A program made the translations under genes and the position numbers. The notes beneath the pieces are model-generated. The model saw only the letters and a list, made by a program, of their open reading frames with translations, searched no databases and was not told the DNA's origin. From Amphiscolops sp. MND2022 (Eukaryota), in assembly GCA_964187785.1 (NCBI GenBank), contig OZ076410.1:85312001-85376000 (forward strand): a stretch of 64,000 nucleotides of DNA. Reading direction: 5' to 3'. This document shows positions 56,234 to 64,000 of this stretch, one piece after another (position 1 is the first letter of the stretch; each line of letters opens with the position of its first letter).

Positions 56234-58299
56234 CACCATAATTTTTTAACAATCTTGATCTTGATTCTTACCAAGATATTTCAGCCAAAGTCTCTGACTT
56301 CAGTCACAACATTCCTCCTTGAAATCACATGTTGTTTCTCCTGAACACTTTTCTTCTCACTTTTCAATTAAAACTATACCTCCATATCAGAATTTTCAGA
56401 CTTCTCCTCATAATTATCAAAAGCTTTCAGATCCCAATCTGACTGAAGCCACTTAAGATACCACTTTTGATTCCACTGATTCAGATTGCAAATTGCTCCA
56501 AAATCCAATATATCTTTCTAACACTTCAAAAACACCACCATACCACTCCGATACAACTCCCTTTCTCCCAAATTTCTACGCAAGTGTTGCCGATTCTGAT
56601 GATTTTTATCCCGCAACTAATGACGGAAGTCAAGACAAACTCACATTCGAGTTCCACACTCGCCTTATACTTACGCCAAAATCCTCCAACCACATATATC
56701 GAATCACAACTCCGTATTAGCTTCCCTCCTTCGCCTAATTTATAAACCAAATTGCATTTTGATCCCAGACTTTAGTAAAACCTCTACTGTCTAGAAATCA
56801 CAACCTGCACCACTAAGTAAATTACTTGTCTTTGCCTAAACATCTGACTACCATTTGGTCACAAAATTCTACCTGGACCGGCAGGCTGGGTACTTAAATA
56901 CCTAAAATTACAAAACAACCATGATGATTGGAAACATTTTAAAACATATAACAATAAGAAGTCTAACTTTAATTTTTTTCAAAGTGGATCCTCCTGTTAA
57001 CCCATCAACTACTTCTGCTGATTTTACAGGCACTAGCTCCTCAAGTTCTTCTTCTGTTCCCACTTTCTTACTTTTACACTGTCTACCTCTACACCCTATA
57101 CCTGTAGCTCCTTCTTGACAAACCACTCCTAGAAATGCCTTACAAAGTACTCACCTATTCAACTCCTGTTTAAACCATGCACCAAAATCTTGAAATAGCA
57201 CCACGAAAATCTTCACCAATCCCTCTTTCAGATACTGAGTTTAATACAACTCCTTTTATTACAATTCCAACATTTTCTCCTCCTCCTTTTCAACACATTC
57301 TTGACCCTAGTGATATTGATCCTACACTTTTAAGTAACATTAATAAAACTATAACTCGCAAAACAATCCTAGCTTCTACATCTATCAAAACCCGTCCTAG
57401 ACATTCACAACTTGCCCTACTCTTCAAGCTACGAATCTCTTAACTATCCCAGTTTTAGAACCATTTCAAACTTTTGGTGAAAAATATTCTTTGGGTGACG
57501 TTGATTCGATTACCTTCCTCTTCTTTAACCCCTTCTTCCTTCATCTTATTTTTCTTCTAAACAAACTACTTCTTCTTTGGATAACCTCATTGATACCTCT
57601 TCTAAAACTATTCAGCTCCCAAGACATCGATACAATTTGAGATACAATCGAAATCCAACACCTTCTCTAGCAAGAACTAATTCAACTATGCTTCAAAGAC
57701 ACGCACAATCTAAATTTTCTGATAATCTCTCCTCACAGGAAAATACTGAAACTTCTGGAGTAGACACTGCTTTTTCTCAACGTGCCTCTTTAACCTCCTT
57801 TAAAACTACAGGACACCTTTTTTCTCGTGCCTTTTCACGAATTTACTATCTTCAAATAGTCATCTTTTAAATATCTCACTGAACACTAACACTGATCAAT
57901 ATTCAACCCCTCCCACACCTAATCGTGTTGATTATCTTTCGAGAACTAACGATAACCTTATTTCGCATCCTCGTGGAGACCCTCGATTTTTTTTATCTAG
58001 AATCTCAGAATATGAATTATAACACTAATACCTCAGACGAACGCCGTCAAAAAGAGTTTCATCGATTAGAAAATACAAACCTTCAAATTGAATTTGAAAT
58101 CATTGCAGATTTCCATTTTTCACATCCTATACCTTCACCTACCACAGTAAAATTCAAACCTTTACCCTGTCTTTTTCTTGCAACTAATCTAAGCCCGTTA
58201 GTGATCATCCTCTTTTCCGTCTTCTCCACCATTCTATCACACTTTTCAATACACTCACTTTTTAGTAGATACCGCTCAATTTTAACATCATCCTCATGA

Positions 58300-60330
58300 A
58301 ATATCCATCTCAACATTTCTCTCCCTCTTCCTATTCCTCCTCTTCACCTATTTTGCCCTTCTCATTCTTTCACTCGACTCTCCTCCTGGTCTATCAGATC
58401 CCAAAGATCCCCATTCTTCTGACATTTTGGTTTCTGATTAAACAACCTAAACTAAATTGTTCTAAACAACATAACCTTCGTCAATTTAGTTTGACTCGTG
58501 TTCAACCTGGGCTCAAGCCTCTTCTTCTTCAGAAAGTACTCCTGCTATCACCAAAGTCGTTGTCCGCGCTAAAGCCAAACGCTTGAAGACATGAACCTGC
58601 GAAGCTTATGCTAAACGTGAAAAACTTGTTTGTGCTCAGCCTGATTATAAATATCGTCAACATGACCGTTAGGACTAACATCAAAACACGGTGAAACGTC
58701 CCCGTACCCTTGATACTACTGAATGTAAACATGCTATACGACATTATAGTGGTACTGACAATCCTCAACTTTATGCTTTTGATTATCGTAACTCCTTCAC
58801 TATCTCTCAGGTTACTCAAAAACAATGCCTGCGTGAAACTAAACAACCACCATTTCGTAAACCAAACTCAATACTTTTCATTATGGTGCTTTCGCCTAGA
58901 TTACCAACTCTCAACGCGTAATGAACTCTACTCTATAAGAAAAGGTTGTCTGTTGGGACTGCTATGAATATGTAAATTAAAAAGATAGTTTGTCGTTATT
59001 GTTGAAGAACTTGAACTCACAAATGATCATAAAGATAATGAAATAATCAGTCGTGGACAAACGTTACCTTGAAAACAAGATGATCGTTTTTGTAACCCTA
59101 ATACTTTAACCACTTACCATTGTCTGGTTTCCTGAAAAATTATGTCTCAACTTTTCAATTCACTCTTTCATCGGACGTATGCCACAAATTATTAACCGCT
59201 ACTGGCTTGAAACCCAACCCTTTTTTAAAAATAGTGATTCAACTCTTTCTTCTGAAACACCTTAACATGACTCTAATTCTCACACTCGACTCTCTCGCTT
59301 TGAAATTTTCCCTGAAAGTAAAATCGTCTGTAATAAACCCACTCCTCTTTATACAACTCAAAACCTTGATCTTTGCATAACATACAAAGACGGTTTTAAC
59401 ATGCACACTGGTCAGCAAAACCCTCTTCGGATACCCGAAGATGAACAACATGAACGTTCATCTATTCAAATCATGATCAAAATATACATTTATTTCCAGC
59501 TCTAAGCACTTCAAATACTTTTGCCACTGTAGGCTATAACGTTCATTTTAATACTAAAATCGAATGATCTAAAAATCCTGTTTTTAAAATCAGAACTGTT
59601 GCTGAAAACAACTTTCTCCATACGAACTGTGAAGTAGAGAGAACTCAACTTTTAACAATTCTCGCAATGTCCGTTAAAAACCCACAATTAGCTGGTTTTC
59701 TCTTGACTCAAAAACGTAGTGAATTCCTAAGTGGTGAAGGCTCCACCGCCTGGCTGTATGATTGAACACACCAACTTCGTCCTCCATATCTTCCTAAAAA
59801 ACGGTATTATAAAACACCCGTCAATTACCTTGACACTGTAATGTTTGTTGACCCAATTACTCGCCAAACTTTCGAGAATGCGAATCAAACTCCTTGTGAA
59901 AACAACCTCAAAATGTTGTCGCTCTTGATGCTGATACTGATCAATATTATGTTTCAAACCCTTGGCTCTATTTGAAGGTTGTCCAAACTAAAACAAATTC
60001 AAACCGCTTTTAGCCCAAACACCTTTACTGCCCAAGATATAGGCATTTATTCACAAAAAGAACTCAAACACTTTTGGAATGGTGTTCTCTTTGCCAAACA
60101 CTCTGGTAAGGCTATAAGTTATAAATTTCTGAGTAAATGGTCTTCTAAATTTAATGCTGATATCCCATATCAATCACTTCGAAGTGGTCTTCATGACTAT
60201 ATGTTAAATCTTTCTCCTTTCTTTACCCCTAATGATTTCATTGAACTGTTTGGATAACCGTTATGTTTTACCTCAATTTGGAATCTATTTTTCAACTGCT
60301 CTCTTCCTCTAATTTGCCTTTAATGCTATG
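58300..60330 (+). pseudogene. env: Decayed env-like viral glycoprotein downstream of the integrase relic; boundaries approximate
   Basis: Cys-rich fragments: CSKQHNLRQFSLTRVQP, ECKHAIRH, NCEVERTQLLTILAMSVKNPQLAGFLLTQKRSEFL, GSTAWLYD, FVDPITRQTFENANQTPCENN. Position is 3' of integrase. Confidence 0.65.
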
Positions 60331-63300
60331 CTTAGTCTAATAGCTGTTTCACTGTAAAAACGAATTCTTAAGAAATCAAATTAATTTGTTTTTTTTTAGT
60401 TACGGCTTTTGGGCACTGTAACTAAAACCATGGTGACAACAAGAATTCACAATTCTAATTCTGACTCTGTCATTGACTCCGATTCATCTAAACCTCCTTC
60501 AAATAATTCTACCAAAACTATTGTTAAATTTAAAACTTCACAGAAACAAAATTTAAAATCTGAATTATTGAAACTAAAATAAAAAGATTCACGGAACGAT
60601 CTGTACCCATAACTTCTTCTACTCAAAGTGTTTTCCACCTTATCCCTCCGTAACTACCCCACAAAAACCTGATGATAATTTACTTCCAATTATAATTTGC
60701 AATACTAATCCTCATAAGAATCTCTTTCCTCATCACTTACTATTACATTACCAATATTGAATTTTACTCCATTTTTCCATAGTTCCACTCTTCCAGATGA
60801 CACTACTTCTGAAATCTCTCCAATTGATTCCCCAATACACAAAACTTGGCAATCAACTAAGTTAGATCCTCGTACCCCACCACCGATGAAATTTAATGAC
60901 ATCCCATTAACATCTGTCAATAGTACATTAAATCAAACTCCTAAAAGCGTTGTTAAAAACTATTGTTCTTTTCGCTTTCCATCTAACGATTTCTGATCAC
61001 TTTTTTGCTTCTTGCCATTCTGTAAAGCTGCTTTTCTTCTTCAAAAAGGGAATCGAACTTTCCTTTCATCGACAACCTTTTCTTAACATTAATTCTTCTG
61101 CTTTGATAACACGAAGCAACTTCTTGACGTCCATTTTTTTTATCTCATTCAGACTTTCCGCACTTGTTTCTACTATATACCTTTTTTTGTCAGTCCTAAA
61201 CCTCTTCAAACAATCCTCTTTTTCTTCTGCACAAACAGTACAATATTCTCTTTTTATCTTGTATAACCACACATAAACAACCACCATTTCGTAAACCAAA
61301 CTCAATACTTTTCATTATGGTGCTTTCGCCTAGGTTACCAACTCTCAACGCGTAATGAACTCTACTCTATAAGAAAAGGTAGTCTGTTGCGACTGCTATG
61401 AATATGTAAATTAAAAAGATAGTTTGTCGTTATTGTTGAAGAACTTGAACTCACCAATGATGATAAAGATAATGAAATAATCAGTCGTGGACAAACGTTA
61501 CCTTGATTACAAGATGACCGTTTTTGTAACCCTAATACTTTAACCACTTACCATTGTCTGGTTTCCTGAAAAATTATGTCTCAACTTTTCAATTCACTCT
61601 TTCATCGGACGTATGCCACAAATTATTAACCGCTACTGGCTTGAAACCCAACCCTTTTTGAAAAATAGTGATTCAACTCTTCCTTCTGAAACACTTTAAC
61701 ATGACTCTAATTCTCACACTCGACTCTCTCGCTTTGAAGTTTTCCCTGAAAGTAAAATCGTCTGTAATAAACCCACTCCTCTTTATACAACTCAAAACCT
61801 TGATCTTTGCATAACATACAAAGACGGTTTTAACATGCACACTGGTCAGCGAAACCCTCTTCGGATACCCAAAGATGAACAACATGAACGTTCTTCTATT
61901 CAAATCACGATCAAAATATACATTTATTTCCAGCTCTAAGCACTTCAAGTACTTTTGCCACTGTAGACTATGACGTTCATTTTAATACTAAAATCGAATA
62001 ATCTAAAAATCCTGTTTTTAAAATCAAAACTGTTGCTGAAAACAACTCTCTCCATACGAACTGTGAAGTAGAGAGAACTCAACTTTTACACAATTCTCGC
62101 AATGTCCGTTAAAAACCCACAATTAGCTGGTTTTCTCTTGACTCAAAAACGTAGTGAATTCCTAAGTGTTGAATGCTCCACCGCCTGTATGATTGAACAC
62201 ACCAACTTCGTCCTTCATATCTTCCCAAAAACGGTATTATAAAACACCCGTCAATTACCTTGACACTGTAATCTTTGTTGACCCAATTACTCGCCAAACT
62301 TTCGAGAATGCGAATCAAACTCCTTGTGAAAACAACCTCAAAATGTTGTCGCTCTTGATGCTGATACTGATCAATATTATGTTTCAAACCCTTGGCTCTA
62401 TTTGAAGACTGTCCAAACTAAACCAAATTCAAACCGCTTTTAGCCCAAACACCTTTACTGCCCAAGATATAGGCATTTATTCACAAAAAGAACTCAAACA
62501 CTTTTGGAATGGTGTTCTCTTTGCCAAACACTCTGGTAAGGCTATAAGTTACAAATTTCTGAGTAAATGGTCTTCTAAATTTAATGCTGATATCCCATAT
62601 CAATCACTTCGAAGTGGTCTTCATGACTATATGTTAAATCTTTTTCCTTTCTTTACCCCTAATGCTTTCATTGAATTGCTTGGATAACCGTTATATTTTA
62701 CCTAAATTTGGAATCTATTTTTCAACTGCTCTCTACCTCTAACTTGCCTTTAATGCTATGCTTAGTCTAATGGCTATTTCACTGTAAAAACGAATTCTTA
62801 AGAAAACAAATTAATTTATTTCTTTTAGTTACGGCTTCTGGGAACTGTAACTAAAACCATGGTGACAACAAGAATTCACAATTCTAATTCTGACTCTGTC
62901 AATGACTCCGATTCATCTAAACCTCCTTCAAATATTTCTACCAAAAATATTGTTAAATTTAAAATTTCACAGAAACAAAATTTAAATTCTAAATTATTGA
63001 AACTAAAATAAAAAAATTCACGGAACGATCTGAACCCATAACTTTTTCTCCTACTCAAAGTGTTTTCCACCTTATCCCTCCGTAACTACCCCACCAAAAC
63101 CTGATGATAATTTCCTTCCAATTATAATTTGCAATACTAATCCTCATAAGAATCTCTCTCCTCATCACTTACTATTACATTACCAATATTGAATTTTCCT
63201 CCATATTTCCATAGTTCCACTCTTCCAGATGACACTACTTCTGAAATCTCTCCAATTGATTCCCCAATACACAAAACTTGGCAATCAACTAAGTTAGATC

Positions 63301-63712
63301 CTCGTACTCCACCACCGATGAAATTTAATGACATCCCATTAACGTCTGTCAATAGTACATTAAATCAAACTCCTAAAAGCGCTGTTAAAAACTATTGTTC
63401 TTTTCGCTTTCCATCTAACGATTTCTGATCACTTTTTTGCTTCTTGCCATTCTGTAAAGCTGCTTTTCTTCTTCAAAAAGGAAATCGAACTTTCCTTCCA
63501 TCGACAACCTTTTCTTAACATTAATTCTTCTCCTTTGATAAAACGAAGCAACTTCTTGACGTCCATTTTTTTTTATCTCATTCAGACTTTCCGCACTTGT
63601 TTCTACTATTTACCTTTTTTCGTCAGTCCTAAACCCCTTCAAACAATCCTCTTTTTATTCTGCACAAACAGTACAATAATCTCTTTTTATCTTGTATAAC
63701 CACACATAAACA
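58840..63712. repeat. Head-to-tail tandem duplication, unit about 2.43 kb (58840-61273 and 61274-63712)
   Basis: Identical or near-identical ORFs offset by 2432 bp (60705/63137, 60757/63189). TAAACA occurs at the start, junction and end. Confidence 0.95.
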
Positions 63713-64000
63713 CTAATAACGACAGCACCTCAATGTGATGAAATTCTTTTGTCCAGTAATACTTCACTCTATCCATCTCTCTGTCTCTCTCTTAAATCAG
63801 AAAAACTTGAATTTCCGTTTGAACTCACGTTTTTGAACCGTCTACCACTTCCGAATAAAATGAAACACCTGATGGTACAACTACCACTCAAACTTGTGGT
63901 TTACCTCAAACACCAATTGTTCCTACTGTTCATACTCAACCTCTGTCTTCAACTCTGAAAAATCCTCACTCATCAACTTATCGATCTAAATTGCAAGTCT

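Noticed and set aside
1-64000. Species assignment (repeat content reminded me of acoel flatworm genomes)
   Set aside because: Recollection only; it cannot be supported without a database search.

Overview
AT-rich animal genomic DNA, with no prokaryotic features, CRISPR arrays or rRNA. The backbone is one minus-strand host gene with a predicted signal peptide, a PAN/apple-like 4-Cys domain and at least six FN3-like repeats. It runs from ATG 54669 to at least 10884 in seven or more exons. Four consecutive splice junctions are phase-compatible across introns of about 12.3, 3.5, 4.7 and 19.7 kb. The introns and flanks are filled with partly nested mobile DNA: two BEL/Pao elements, several Gypsy elements, a decayed DIRS-like element, a Tc1 relic, MITE/foldback elements, a tRNA-derived SINE head and an env-bearing Gypsy relic with a 2.43-kb tandem duplication. 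The best candidate for an undescribed system is a 12.5-kb Gypsy provirus at 11438-23924. Its 1.85-kb LTRs encode 195 codons in frame with gag, and an ATG is formed across the LTR/PBS junction. After pol it carries a divergent accessory cassette: an antisense BED-finger ORF and sense ORFs that run into the 3' LTR. It has no visible PPT. This provirus and a solo LTR of dissimilar sequence at 42371-44206 both sit in the identical 9-bp target TG-ATATG-CA. All domain calls are by-eye motif recognition; no searches were run. Boundaries marked approximate are uncertain.
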